From a virus (taxonomy: Duplodnaviria; Caudoviricetes): a DNA stretch of 50,206 nt. Of the stretch, positions 1 to 10,689 are shown piece by piece. Location of the stretch: positions 1-50,206 of IMG/VR virus record IMGVR_UViG_3300037483_000264. One strand, given 5' to 3'. Every line of letters starts with the position of its first letter. Position 1 is the stretch's first letter. The position numbers and the translations under genes are program-made. Below the pieces are notes generated by a model. That model saw only the letters and a list, made by a program, of their open reading frames with translations, was not told where the DNA came from and ran no database searches.

Positions 1-127
1 GGGGATCGACTCCGCGACCTGGCTTCCGAGATTCAGCGCACCACAGCCTTCGGCGACGAGGCCGTCATGGACGCCGAGTCCACGCTGCTGCGGTTTTCGC
101 GCGTCCAGGGCGAGGTCTTCGAGCGAG
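1..127. repeat. Terminal direct repeat, left copy (circular assembly overlap)
   Basis: 1-127 is identical to 50080-50206, and the tape-measure reading frame continues across the join. Confidence 0.97.
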
Positions 128-3100
128 CCCTGCGGGCCTCTGTCGATATCGCAGCTGCGACCGGCAGGGGCATCAGCGAGGTCGCGCAGGGCATCGGGCG
201 GGCGCTCGAGATCCCCGGCGAGGGGATGAGGACCCTCGCCCAGGCCGGCGTCGTGCTGACCGACGCTGACCAGAAGGCCATCGACAAGATGCTGCAGCTC
301 GGCGAGACGGCCGAGGCGCAGGCCTTACTGCTCGACCGCGTCGAAGTCTCGACCAAGGGGGCCGCGGCTGCGATGCGCGACACGATGGGCGGGTCATTGA
401 CTGCCCTGAAGAACAGCTGGGGCGATCTACTCGAACAGCTTGGCAGCGGTGACGCCGGGAACGCCCTGCGCAGCACCGTCGAGTCGGTGAACTCGTTCGT
501 TCGCGGCATTCTCGGCAATTGGGATGCCCTGCTCGCTGGCGTCTACACCACGATCGCCAGCGTCAACGGCGGTGTCGCTCGCATGCTCGAGATCGGAGCG
601 AAGCTCCCCGGAGTGTTCGGGCGCTCTTTTGCGGCAGGCGCGCAAGAAGCGCGCGACCTCCAGGCCGGCTTGCTCGACAAGGCCAACGAGGCACTGGATC
701 GAAACGTCGCAGCCAGCGACAAGGCCGCTGCTTCGACGGGCAGGTTCACCGGGATGATCGTCGGCGAAGCCGATGCGGTCAAGGCTCTGCGCCAGAAGAT
801 TCTCGAAGCCACGACGGCCGCAGCAGCTGAGGCGCTCCAAGAGCAATCGAAGTCGCGGGCCATGAGTCTCGGCGCCGATGCCGCGCGTAAGCTCGCGGTC
901 GCGACGGCCGAGCGCATCGCCGCCGACAAGTTCGGCCTCGACGTCACCAACAAGCAGATCAAGGCCCTGCTCGACTGGACTGCCGCAGCGGTCATTTACA
1001 AGCAGAACCAGGAGTTGCTGGCCGAAGGGACGAAGAAGGTCGCGGACGCCCAGCAGCGGCTTCTCGAACGTCAGAAGGCGGTCTCCGACGCCCGCGACCG
1101 CGAGCGGCAGGCCGCGGCGCAGACACTGATTCAGCTGAAGCAGGAATTCGAGATGGCGCGGCGCCTCGCGGGTGTGCGCGCCTCCGGCGGCTCCGAGCGC
1201 GACGTCGCAATCGAGTCGCAGTACCTCTCGTTCTTGCGCCAGGTCGGGCAGGGCTCGATCGACGAGGGCGCGCGGATCATGGCGGCTTACGAAGCGATGC
1301 TCGGTCAGTTCGCCCCGATCTTCGGCGCGACCGTCGAGCAGGTGCGGGCGATGATCGCCTCACTCGTCGACGAGGCCGCGCGCGCGCAGTACCGCGGGAT
1401 GGGGACCTCTGACCTCGAAGCGAAGCGGCGACACACCGCCGAGTTGGAGCGCTTGTCCCGCGCGGACCACAAGAACGCCGAGGACTACGCCGCAGCGAAG
1501 ACCCAGGCCGAGCAGGAGTTCCTCGATCGCCAGCTCTCCAACTGGACCGGCGCCCTCGACTTCCTCGCCAACCGCTTCGGCGGGTTCTTCAAGAAGCTGG
1601 CGGAGCTGGCGCACGGGCTCCAAGACGCGATCGCCTTCGGCAAGCAGGTGCAGGGCGCGGCGAGCGGGATGGGCGCGAGCGCGAGCGGCGCCGCAGCCAT
1701 GGGCGGCGTCGCGACCGTCATCGCGATCTTCGCGGTCATCTACGACTTCGTCTCCAAGATGATTGAGAAGGCGCGCCTCGTGCGCTACGGCAACGAGGCG
1801 TCGTACACCCTGGTAGGCGGGCAAGAGGGGATCACTCAGCTCGACGCCAACGGCGAGCGCACGGTAGAGGCCATCCGCGACCTCGTGCGCGAGATCAACG
1901 CCGCGCTCGGCGTCGCGATCACCGACCTCGCACAGATCGGCGTCCAGATCCGCAACGACGGCCGGCGGGTCATGAGCTATGTGAACGGCGAGCTGGTCGG
2001 CGTCTTCGGCTCGCTCGACGAGGCGATCCGCGAGGCGATGCGCGTCGCGTTGACGAGCGCGAATACCGCCATCCGCGGGATGACGGACCTGATGCGCCAG
2101 GGGCTGGAGGGCTGGACCTCGCCGAACTTCGACGAGCTGATGCGGTTCCTCGGTCAGCTGCGCGAGATCGGCAACCTGAACGCGCCGCAGGGCGTGCTTG
2201 ACATTCGCTCACTGGCTCTCCACCTCGACGAACTGCGGGAAGTACTCCAGCGGATGCCGCGGGCGACGCAGGCCGTCATTGATGGACTTGCGGCGCTGAA
2301 CGCGGCCGAGATCAACGCCTACCGCAACGAAATCGATCGCCTGACGGGTCGTCACCGAACGGCCGCAGAGGAACTAGCGCTACGCCAAGCGGACGGGCGA
2401 ATGGTGCAGGCAGAAATGGCGCTGCGCATCGCCGACCTCAAGCTCCGCGCGTTGCAGATCCAGATGATGATGGAGGAGATGAGGATCAGGGCCGGCCAGT
2501 ACGGCGGGCACGGCCGGCCAGGTGGGCCTCCAGGTTCGGGGCTCGTTCCCGGAGAGCCCACGCCTCCGACCCCGGGAACCCCGACCAGGCCTAATGTCGA
2601 CCGCGGGAAGTCCGCCTCCGAAGTGCTCATTCGCATCTGGCAGATCGAGCTCGAAGCTCAGGGCACCTACGTCAACGGCAAGGCCTCGCTCCTCAAGTCA
2701 GAGGTCAACCTCTACGAGCAGCAGCTGGAGGTCTACCAGCTCAACCTCGACGCGATCAACGCGCTGATCGCGGAGCTGCTGCAACTCCAGTCCGAATTCA
2801 AGTTGGAAGACATCAAGATGCCCCGCGTCGGCCGCGGCGGGCAGAGCCGCGCGGACCGCCTGCGCGATCAGGCCGACCTGCGCGAGCAGGCCGCGATGTT
2901 CGGCGCTTCGGACGTGAAGCAGCAGCTCTACGACGCGGCGCACTCCCTCGACGACTACATCGAGAGGGTGCGGAAGGCGGGCCTCTCTGCCGCCGAGACG
3001 GCGCGTCTTGTCGCGGCCGCGACCGCCGAAGAGCGGCGGCGGCAGGACGTGATCGCAGCTGGCATCAAGCGCGACGCTGATGCCTTCGTGGCTCGCGGCC

Positions 3101-4284
3101 AGTCGCCCGCAACCGCAGACCTCGCCGGCCAGTTCGCCGGGATCGACCAGGAGGCGGGCAACCTGATCGGCGGCCTGCGCGCCCTGCGCCAGGCGCACAA
3201 GATCACGACGGCCGAGCTGATCCGCCGAATGGCCGACATCACGGCCGCTGCGGACGCGATGAAGGATGCCATCGCCTACCAGACGTTCCTTGACCTCGCG
3301 CAGCGGATGGCCGAGGCGGCCGGCAACCAAAAGGCTGCGCTCAAGATCGAGGAGCTGCGCTGGGCGCTGGAGAAGGCCAACATGCTGGTACAGATCGAGT
3401 TCTTGCGCGCCAGCGGCCGCATCAGCGCCGAGAACATGGCCCTACTCGATCAGCTATGGGAAGGCGTCCGAGATCTCGCTCTTCCGGTCAGTGGCGGCGC
3501 GGGAGACGGCGGCGAGACTCCAGAATCGCAGAATTACGCGGCCTATCTGGCCGCGCAAGAGGCCGCCGCGCAGGCGGCGGAGGATGCCGCGAAGCGCTAC
3601 GCCGACGCCATGAAGCGTCTGCAGGCCTACGAAGACCGTGGCCTCGATCCGCTGATCAAGTCCGTGCGGGACCTGAACGCCGACTTCGCGGACCTCCGCT
3701 CCATCCTTGGCGACACCGCCCGCGTTCAGGCGGCCTACGCGACCGCCTTGCAGGCCATCATCGACGACGCCCTGCGGCCGCTACGCGACCTCGGCCGGGA
3801 GCTGGCGCTCTCCGAGTTCTCGCCGCTCCGCCAGGAGCAGCGGTACGCCGAGGCTCAGGCTCAGCAAGCGCAAGCGCTCGCCAAACTGCGCGCCGGCGAC
3901 CTGACGCAGATCGGCCAGATGCCGGCGCTGATTCAGGCCCTGCTGCGCGAGGGGCAGGCGAGCCTGCCGACGGGCAGCGAGGCCTACCGCACCCTGTACG
4001 CCTCGCAGCAGGCGCTGATCCAACAGCTGCAGGTCGAGTTCCCCCAACTGCTCGGCCTCTTCGCCGGCGGCGGAACGCCCGTCCCTGGGGTGGCGCCTGG
4101 AGCCGCCGCCGCCACCGGCGCGGCCACCGCGGCGCCGATCGTGGCGCAGCTGCAGGACTCGACGAGCGCGCAGATCTTCCACTTGCAGCAAATCAAGTTC
4201 GGCCTCGACGCCAACGGCTTCACCCTGCAGCAGATCAAGCACGCGATCGAGGAGGGGAACAGCCTGCTCCAGCAGGTTGCGTAG
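1..4284 (+). CDS. Tail tape measure protein, 3' part (starts at 49780; about 1527 aa in total)
   Basis: Very long Ala/Gln/Leu-rich helical ORF. Frame is open from base 1 and continuous with the ATG at 49780. Lies after the tail assembly chaperones. Confidence 0.92.
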   Translation, partial: GDRLRDLASEIQRTTAFGDEAVMDAESTLLRFSRVQGEVFERALRASVDIAAATGRGISEVAQGIGRALEIPGEGMRTLAQAGVVLTDADQKAIDKMLQLGETAEAQALLLDRVEVSTKGAAAAMRDTMGGSLTALKNSWGDLLEQLGSGDAGNALRSTVESVNSFVRGILGNWDALLAGVYTTIASVNGGVARMLEIGAKLPGVFGRSFAAGAQEARDLQAGLLDKANEALDRNVAASDKAAASTGRFTGMIVGEADAVKALRQKILEATTAAAAEALQEQSKSRAMSLGADAARKLAVATAERIAADKFGLDVTNKQIKALLDWTAAAVIYKQNQELLAEGTKKVADAQQRLLERQKAVSDARDRERQAAAQTLIQLKQEFEMARRLAGVRASGGSERDVAIESQYLSFLRQVGQGSIDEGARIMAAYEAMLGQFAPIFGATVEQVRAMIASLVDEAARAQYRGMGTSDLEAKRRHTAELERLSRADHKNAEDYAAAKTQAEQEFLDRQLSNWTGALDFLANRFGGFFKKLAELAHGLQDAIAFGKQVQGAASGMGASASGAAAMGGVATVIAIFAVIYDFVSKMIEKARLVRYGNEASYTLVGGQEGITQLDANGERTVEAIRDLVREINAALGVAITDLAQIGVQIRNDGRRVMSYVNGELVGVFGSLDEAIREAMRVALTSANTAIRGMTDLMRQGLEGWTSPNFDELMRFLGQLREIGNLNAPQGVLDIRSLALHLDELREVLQRMPRATQAVIDGLAALNAAEINAYRNEIDRLTGRHRTAAEELALRQADGRMVQAEMALRIADLKLRALQIQMMMEEMRIRAGQYGGHGRPGGPPGSGLVPGEPTPPTPGTPTRPNVDRGKSASEVLIRIWQIELEAQGTYVNGKASLLKSEVNLYEQQLEVYQLNLDAINALIAELLQLQSEFKLEDIKMPRVGRGGQSRADRLRDQADLREQAAMFGASDVKQQLYDAAHSLDDYIERVRKAGLSAAETARLVAAATAEERRRQDVIAAGIKRDADAFVARGQSPATADLAGQFAGIDQEAGNLIGGLRALRQAHKITTAELIRRMADITAAADAMKDAIAYQTFLDLAQRMAEAAGNQKAALKIEELRWALEKANMLVQIEFLRASGRISAENMALLDQLWEGVRDLALPVSGGAGDGGETPESQNYAAYLAAQEAAAQAAEDAAKRYADAMKRLQAYEDRGLDPLIKSVRDLNADFADLRSILGDTARVQAAYATALQAIIDDALRPLRDLGRELALSEFSPLRQEQRYAEAQAQQAQALAKLRAGDLTQIGQMPALIQALLREGQASLPTGSEAYRTLYASQQALIQQLQVEFPQLLGLFAGGGTPVPGVAPGAAAATGAATAAPIVAQLQDSTSAQIFHLQQIKFGLDANGFTLQQIKHAIEEGNSLLQQVA

Positions 4285-4290
4285 CTCGCC

Positions 4291-7200
4291 ATGGCGAAGC
4301 TCCTGACCGACTTCCGCGAGTACGTCCGAGGGCAGAACACCCTCGACGACTGGCGCGCGCTGAACGGCACCTCGGTCGCGGCCTGCACGCTCCGCGGCCA
4401 CGATCACGGCGGCCGGCGGAACCTGGTCGAGCAGCTCGCTCGCTTGTCTGGTCTCTCCCTGCTGCCCGGTCAGATGCGCTGGACCGCGGCGGAGGTGATA
4501 ACGGCGGCATCCGGAGATCAAGACGTGCGGGTGCATGTCTTCGTGCCTGGCGACTCTGGCAGATACGCCGAGCTTGGGGTGCGGTGCACCTACTCCTCGA
4601 ACGACAACTACAGCTACTACTACGTCCGGCTCGGCGGCGGGAACATCGTGCTGTACAAGCGGATTGGCGACGTCGTAACGCAGCTCGCGACCTCGACGGC
4701 CACCAGCGTTTCGCCGCGCGGCATGTGGTGCTGGTTGCGCCTTCTCGTCTCCGGAACGGATCTTCGCGCCTACGTCTGGCAGGATGGCGTGACCGCGGCA
4801 ATCGACCTGAGCGTCCCTGCGGTGGTGGCGAACGGGGCTGCGACTGAGCTCTCCGCGGGGTTCGTGACGATGGGTGGCGAGGTGTACGCCGTCGGCTGCT
4901 ACTACGACTTCGTCTCGGTCGGCACGGCGGGCCAGGCGATGGACACGCTGGGTGCCGACTCGCTGCCGCCAACGCTCGAGGCGACGCTCCTCGACCCGGG
5001 CGCGAAGCTGCAGCTCACGTTCGAGGCCGCGGTGTCGAACCCGGCGGCCGGCACCACTTCGACCCTACGAGCCGCGAATCGACGACTCGACACGGGGCCG
5101 AGCGACTACCCGCCGTCGGCAGTCTTCCCGCCGATGCTCGCGTTGGAGTCGAATCTTGCCGAGGCGCTTTCGGAGGACGCCCTCTTCTCGGGCGCCACAG
5201 CCAAACAGGAGACGAAAGTCCGGCTGCGAAACATCCCCGTTCAGGGCACGGCCGCGCCGCTCAATCACCTGCTGTGGCGATCGCTGGCCGGCCGTGACGT
5301 CGTTCTGCGAGCGGGCCCTGTCGGCTACGGCGCGCGGGCGCTAGAGGTCCTCCAGGCCGGGGTCTGTTCGGGCGAACCCATCCTCTCGCGAGACGGGGCG
5401 CAGATCACGATCGCGTCGCCACAGAGGGCGTTCGAGACGGCGGTGCCGTCCAAGCGCTACGTCGGGATCCCGACGGCGGTCAAGACGCTCGGGACCGCCT
5501 CTGGTCAGTGCACGATTCCGGCGCTCGCTGCCTATGACCGGAAGGACTTCCGGATCGTGCATCGCTTTCGCGCCCCGGCAGGCACTCCGGGGAGCACCTA
5601 TCAGCTGCTCTCGAAAGCGAGCGGAGCAAACGTCCAGTTTCTGGCCGAGCTGATCTATGACCCCGAGTTGGGCTGGTCGCTGCAGCTGACCGGCACGAGC
5701 GGCGGAGTGACCGCCTACTCCTTCGGGTCGATCATCGATCAGACCTGGTGGAACTGCCTGGTCTTCGGCGTCGACGTCCGCGGCGTCGCGTACGCCTATC
5801 TGAACAACCTCACGCTCGGGACCGCGCAGCTTCCATCCGCCGGCGTCGATATCCCGGCGGTCGGCATCACGGTCGGTGCGGCGAGCGGCTTGACGGTCAC
5901 CTGGTGCGACCTCCGGTTTTACGCGGCCGGCCTGATCGCGCCGACCGGAACCGCGACTGCGCAGACGTCGGCGAGTGTGCTTGCGGGGACCGACGTAGTC
6001 GCCCTCGCCTCCGACGACGAAACGCTGATTGGACTGTGGCCTGGCGATGACAACGCCGGGGGCACGGTCACCGACTACGCCGCGGCCGCGAACCACGGAG
6101 CGCTGGCTGGCGCGCTCGACACCGACTTCTCCTGGGTGGCGTCCGATCTCGGGTCGGCGGATCTTGCCGGCAATCCGCGCCCCGCAGTGCTGGGCACGGT
6201 GTACAACGCCGAGGCGAAGCGCATCGACAGCATCCGGGAGCGCTTCGAGGCGGCGCACTTTCCGGCCGGCATGGGCGCCCAGAGTTTCCCGGCCGTGCGC
6301 TCGCAAGCGGCGACTCTTGCCACCCCGGCGGACTACACCATTAGCGCCGAAGGCGTGCTGGAGATGGTCGCTGCGCAATCGTCGCCGGTCACCGCAGACG
6401 TCGCCCTCGGTGGGGCTGCCGCCGGCGACATCGCCGACGTTCTGGGCCGGCTACTCGGGAGCGCGGCGCTCACTGGAGATCACGACTGGGACTCCTGGAG
6501 TGTCGATGGCGCCGCGGCTCACGCCGGCAACTTCGTGCTCGGCGACGTCGTGACGGACTTGTCGTGGCGACCGGTCGACCGGCTGACCAAGATGCTTGCG
6601 CCCCTCGGCTTGCACCTGCGGTTCGACGCCGATGGACGCGCCGGGATCGGCTCGGTTCAGCCCCCGATCGGAGGCGGAGTCTTCGGTTCGACGCCGGTGC
6701 TCGAGTGGCTAGCGATGCGGCCGAGAAATACCTTCCGGCAGGGGATCGTGCTGCCCGTCACGGCGACCCCCTACATGAGCGGCGACTGGACGGTCTTCTT
6801 TGAGCTGCTGGTCCCGATTACTGATCGAGGCTCGTGGAACAGCGGCGCCTCCCCTCCGCACATGGCGACGCCGCTCTACTGCCTTGGTGGTCAAGGTGGC
6901 GTCGGCGGCGCGGCGATCGGGATCTCGCCGAACATCTCCGGAGCCCACTCGGTCATCGTCTATCAGGAGGGAACCTCCCCCGCCTATACGTCAATCGGTG
7001 GCATCGCAACGGGCGCCAGGATGCAGGTGCAGGTGACCCACAACGCAGCTACGAAGGTGCGTCAAATCCTGCTCGCGACGCCCGGACTGGCGCCGACCGT
7101 GGTCTCGTCGACGACGTACACGGGCACGCCAGCGACGACCTACGCCGCCTACTCGGCCTGTCTCGGCCCGCAGGGCGGAAGCTCCTCGCAGCTGCCCTTC

Positions 7201-7968
7201 GCCGGGGTCATTCGCAACTTCGCGGAATTCTCGGGCGTCAAGACAGACGGAATTGTTTACTTCGCCGATCCGTCGGGATACGCGGTCGGCACAGAGCGCG
7301 CCCGCCTGGCACTCACCGACGGCCGCGGCAACAAAGTGAAGGAGAGCCTGACCGGCTTTCAGCTGCCATTCTGGGGCGCGCGGTGGGCGCCGAGACTGAC
7401 GCTCGATCTCCGCGGCAGCGGGAAGACGCAGCTCTCGGCACGAGCTCTGCGCCCCGTCTGGCACGTGCCGGTACGGTACGGCCGCAACTACCGGCCGATC
7501 GGCGACACCGAGTTCTACGGCCTCGCGACCGCCGCCGAGCGCATCGCGCTGCACCGGCCCTCGCTCGCCTACGACCAGCCGGACCTCGGGCGCCTGGACG
7601 CCTGGCCGGACTCGCGCGAGACCTCGGTCGACACCGAGATCGCCCTAGCGTACGGCCGCCAGGCGTCGCGGGTGCACCGGCTGCTCATGGACCGCATGGC
7701 GCCGGGCCGGCTGTTCGCCGAGCTGACGAACTGCCCGCGCGAGGCCGCCGTGGCGCGCCTCGGTGACGAGGTCTGGGTCTACTCGCGCGACCAGGGGTTC
7801 GACTACGGCGCGGCCTGGCGCGTCGTCGCGCGCGACGTGCCGATGAGCTCGTTCCGCTCGAAGCTCACGCTCTGGGGCGGAACACCGCTGACGGGCTACC
7901 CGATGCTCGTCGACGACCTCGGGAGCGTCGAGCTGGTGAGCGACAGCGGCGATGCCGCACTGGTCTAG
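4291..7968 (+). CDS. Large tail tip/hub protein with lectin-like (ConA/LamG-like) beta domains, 1225 aa
   Basis: Directly after the tape measure gene; beta-rich; LIGLWPGDDNAGGTVTD resembles a LamG-type end motif; C-terminal RLGDEVWV resembles a hub/OB motif. Confidence 0.65.
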   Translation: MAKLLTDFREYVRGQNTLDDWRALNGTSVAACTLRGHDHGGRRNLVEQLARLSGLSLLPGQMRWTAAEVITAASGDQDVRVHVFVPGDSGRYAELGVRCTYSSNDNYSYYYVRLGGGNIVLYKRIGDVVTQLATSTATSVSPRGMWCWLRLLVSGTDLRAYVWQDGVTAAIDLSVPAVVANGAATELSAGFVTMGGEVYAVGCYYDFVSVGTAGQAMDTLGADSLPPTLEATLLDPGAKLQLTFEAAVSNPAAGTTSTLRAANRRLDTGPSDYPPSAVFPPMLALESNLAEALSEDALFSGATAKQETKVRLRNIPVQGTAAPLNHLLWRSLAGRDVVLRAGPVGYGARALEVLQAGVCSGEPILSRDGAQITIASPQRAFETAVPSKRYVGIPTAVKTLGTASGQCTIPALAAYDRKDFRIVHRFRAPAGTPGSTYQLLSKASGANVQFLAELIYDPELGWSLQLTGTSGGVTAYSFGSIIDQTWWNCLVFGVDVRGVAYAYLNNLTLGTAQLPSAGVDIPAVGITVGAASGLTVTWCDLRFYAAGLIAPTGTATAQTSASVLAGTDVVALASDDETLIGLWPGDDNAGGTVTDYAAAANHGALAGALDTDFSWVASDLGSADLAGNPRPAVLGTVYNAEAKRIDSIRERFEAAHFPAGMGAQSFPAVRSQAATLATPADYTISAEGVLEMVAAQSSPVTADVALGGAAAGDIADVLGRLLGSAALTGDHDWDSWSVDGAAAHAGNFVLGDVVTDLSWRPVDRLTKMLAPLGLHLRFDADGRAGIGSVQPPIGGGVFGSTPVLEWLAMRPRNTFRQGIVLPVTATPYMSGDWTVFFELLVPITDRGSWNSGASPPHMATPLYCLGGQGGVGGAAIGISPNISGAHSVIVYQEGTSPAYTSIGGIATGARMQVQVTHNAATKVRQILLATPGLAPTVVSSTTYTGTPATTYAAYSACLGPQGGSSSQLPFAGVIRNFAEFSGVKTDGIVYFADPSGYAVGTERARLALTDGRGNKVKESLTGFQLPFWGARWAPRLTLDLRGSGKTQLSARALRPVWHVPVRYGRNYRPIGDTEFYGLATAAERIALHRPSLAYDQPDLGRLDAWPDSRETSVDTEIALAYGRQASRVHRLLMDRMAPGRLFAELTNCPREAAVARLGDEVWVYSRDQGFDYGAAWRVVARDVPMSSFRSKLTLWGGTPLTGYPMLVDDLGSVELVSDSGDAALV

Positions 7969-7977
7969 GAGATGGCG

Positions 7978-9390
7978 ATGAAACGCAACCTGATCGCAGC
8001 GACAGCAGCTCTTCTCTTCCTCCTGCCGTGGCCGGGCCCGGTCCGCGGGCAGCCGTCGACCATCCCGGATCTCGCGACCGATGCGTCGCCGCTCGACACC
8101 GACCTGATCGCGGTTCGCAAGGTGGCGGACTCTCGCAACAAGAAGACGACGCGCGGGACACTGCGGAGCGGACTCGAAGCTGCGCTCACTTTCTCGACCG
8201 GCTTGACGCGGGCGACGAACACGATCACCGCAAATCTCTCGACCGGCGTGAGCGGCGGGCAGACGGCGACCGGCGGCACAGCCGCTGGCGACGACCTGAC
8301 CCTGCACTCGACGAGCCACGGGACCAAGGGCTCGATCTTCTTCGGCGCCCATGGCGCCTATGACCAGGCGAACGGGCGGTTCGGATTCGGCACCTTGGCG
8401 CCGGACGTTCTACTGACCGCCTCTGCAAACTCCGCTGCACTGCCGGCCGCCGGACTGGCTGGACAGTTCATCCACATCGGCCAGGCCGACGCGACCAACC
8501 TGCGCGTGTTGCTCGACTCTTTCGGGGGGGTGAGCACGCTGGATTTTCGGAGAGCAGACGGAACCGCGGCAAGCCCGACCGCCTTGGCCTCTGGCGCCAC
8601 GATCGGCGCGCTGGTCGCGTTGGGTCGCGGCTCAACGGCCTACTCCACTGGAGCGCGCGCCTCGTTCAGCCTGTCGACCGATGAGGCCTGGAGTGATACC
8701 GCCCAAGGAACGCGATTCTCCCTGTCAACGACGGCCAACGGAACGACGACGCAGACGGAGCGATTCCGGATCGACAACGCCGGCAACTTCGGAGTCAACC
8801 TGAGCGCGTGGGGGACGTCCGCCGCCAAGGTGATCGGCATCAGCAGCGGGACGGCGCCGAGCACCTCGCCGGCCAACGCCGTGCAGCTCTGGGTGGCGGA
8901 CAGTGCCGCCGATGACGCCAACCTTTATGCGCGCAACGAGGCCGGCAAGGTTGAGCGCCTGACGGGCCTCTCTTCCCGCGTGTCGATGCAGTTCGACAAG
9001 GCGAGCAGCGCGGCTCTCGCGAACATCACTGGCCTAACTTTCAATCTACCCGCAGGAAGTACCAACTCGTTCCGCGCGGTGCTGTACACCACCAGCGACA
9101 CCGCCGGCGGCATTCAGGTCGCCGTAGGTGGAACAGCGACAGCCACTGCGATTCGGTACGAAGGTATTAGCTTCGACGGTGCCGCGGTGAAGACGCAGAC
9201 TCGCGCGACGGCTCTCGGCGGTGCTGTCTGCGCGGTGACCGCCGTCAGCGCCGCGAAGTGCGAACTCGACGGAACGATCACGGTCAACGCGGCCGGCACG
9301 CTTACCGTGCAGTTCGCGCAGAACGCCAGCAACGGAAACCCAAGTTCCGTTCTGGTTGGCAGCTTCTTCACGATCCAGAGCAACAACTAG
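7978..9390 (+). CDS. Tail fibre-like protein with N-terminal Sec-type signal peptide
   Basis: AGGAG 6 nt before the ATG at 7978; MKRNLIAATAALLFLLPWPGPVRG|QP; Gly/Thr/Ala-rich fibre motifs (GRFGFGT, ERFRIDNAGNFGVN). Confidence 0.7.
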   Translation: MKRNLIAATAALLFLLPWPGPVRGQPSTIPDLATDASPLDTDLIAVRKVADSRNKKTTRGTLRSGLEAALTFSTGLTRATNTITANLSTGVSGGQTATGGTAAGDDLTLHSTSHGTKGSIFFGAHGAYDQANGRFGFGTLAPDVLLTASANSAALPAAGLAGQFIHIGQADATNLRVLLDSFGGVSTLDFRRADGTAASPTALASGATIGALVALGRGSTAYSTGARASFSLSTDEAWSDTAQGTRFSLSTTANGTTTQTERFRIDNAGNFGVNLSAWGTSAAKVIGISSGTAPSTSPANAVQLWVADSAADDANLYARNEAGKVERLTGLSSRVSMQFDKASSAALANITGLTFNLPAGSTNSFRAVLYTTSDTAGGIQVAVGGTATATAIRYEGISFDGAAVKTQTRATALGGAVCAVTAVSAAKCELDGTITVNAAGTLTVQFAQNASNGNPSSVLVGSFFTIQSNN

Positions 9391-9392
9391 TA

Positions 9393-10187
9393 ATGGCCCT
9401 ATCCCCCCACTTCTTCCTGACCGGCTATCAGCGGCGCTCGCTGGCAATTGCGGCGTCCAGCGAGCAGACGGCGTATCCCGCCGCCGCGCTGGGGATTCCG
9501 CGCCTTTCGACCGGGTGGCGCTCGGCCGACGGCGTCGTGAGCGGGGTCAACATCGACTTCGACCTCGGCGCGTCGCTACCGATCGGAGCCGTGGTGATCG
9601 TGGGCATGAACCTCACCGACGCGGCGACGCGGACGCTGAAGTTTTCGGATACCGCGCTCGGCAACAGCGAGGTCCTGAACGTCACCAGCGGCAACGTGTT
9701 CGACGTGTCGCTGACTCAGCTCAAGACCTTCGTGCAGCCCTTCGGGCGCCACCTGATCTACCTGCCATCGGCCGAGGTGTCGGCGCGCTACGTCCGGGTC
9801 ACCGCGACCGATGCCGCGAACCCGGACGGCTACCTGCGCGGCTCCTACGGCCTCGTCGAGCAGGGCTGGCAGCCAGGCATCAATTTCAACGAACAGTGGG
9901 AAGAGGCGCCGACGATCGCGGGCGACGGCGACTCGGCTGTCGCGCTGCGCGGCCACAAGCTGACCTTCCACTGGCTGTCGGAAGCCGAGCAGTCTCAGAT
10001 CCTCGACCTCGGATCGCTCCTACTGACGACGGGTCGCGTCTTCGTGATCCCGCGCCCGACCGCGCCGGCGACGTGGCAGCGCACGGCGCTATGGGCGCAG
10101 CAGGAGGGGCTGCCGCAGTCGGTGATGGCCGACAAGATGTTCAGCCGGTACAGCGTGCAGACGACGTACCGGGAGGTCGACGAGTAG
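9393..10187 (+). CDS. Tail protein, possibly distal-tail-like with a carbohydrate-binding-type beta sandwich
   Basis: ATG 2 nt after the previous stop; motifs WRS..., IDFDLG, SARYVRV; in the tail module. Confidence 0.55.
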   Translation: MALSPHFFLTGYQRRSLAIAASSEQTAYPAAALGIPRLSTGWRSADGVVSGVNIDFDLGASLPIGAVVIVGMNLTDAATRTLKFSDTALGNSEVLNVTSGNVFDVSLTQLKTFVQPFGRHLIYLPSAEVSARYVRVTATDAANPDGYLRGSYGLVEQGWQPGINFNEQWEEAPTIAGDGDSAVALRGHKLTFHWLSEAEQSQILDLGSLLLTTGRVFVIPRPTAPATWQRTALWAQQEGLPQSVMADKMFSRYSVQTTYREVDE

Positions 10188-10209
10188 GAGCAACCGTAGG
10201 GAGAGGCGG

Positions 10210-10686
10210 ATGGCCGACGAGCGTGGGGTGGACGACATGATCGGAGAGCTGGAACGGAAGCTCGACAGCCTGCGCGGGGAGGTCCGTACGGATGGCAGGC
10301 AGAAGCGCGCGAAGCTCGCGCGCCACACGGACCCGGCCGGCCACTCGTGGGTGAGCTCCACGATTCGGACGCGCGAGTTTCTGTCGTGGTGCGTCGCGTT
10401 CCTGGTCGCGTTCGGCGCCATCGTGGCGGGGACGACGCGGCTTGTGCTCGACCCGCATATCCGCGACGTGGCTGCTGGCGTCGTGCTGCCGGCGATCGAC
10501 GAGCACGCGACGGCCTCCCGGCTGAAGATGATGGCCGAGGTGAAGAACTACGTGACGGTGCCGGAGTTCAACGATTTGCGGCGGGAGGTCGAGCGCGACC
10601 GGGCACAGCGGGACGCGCAATACGACGAGATTCTCCGGGTGACGCAAGACATCCGGACGGACCTCCGTGCGCTGCGCGGGAGGTGA
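10210..10686 (+). CDS. Single-TM membrane protein with C-terminal coiled coil (lysis region)
   Basis: TM segment FLSWCVAFLVAFGAIVAG; GGAGAGG upstream. Confidence 0.6.
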   Translation: MADERGVDDMIGELERKLDSLRGEVRTDGRQKRAKLARHTDPAGHSWVSSTIRTREFLSWCVAFLVAFGAIVAGTTRLVLDPHIRDVAAGVVLPAIDEHATASRLKMMAEVKNYVTVPEFNDLRREVERDRAQRDAQYDEILRVTQDIRTDLRALRGR

Positions 10687-10689
10687 GCG

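Noticed and set aside
4291-9390. Diversity-generating retroelement acting on tail genes
   Set aside because: No reverse transcriptase ORF and no template/variable repeat pair was seen.
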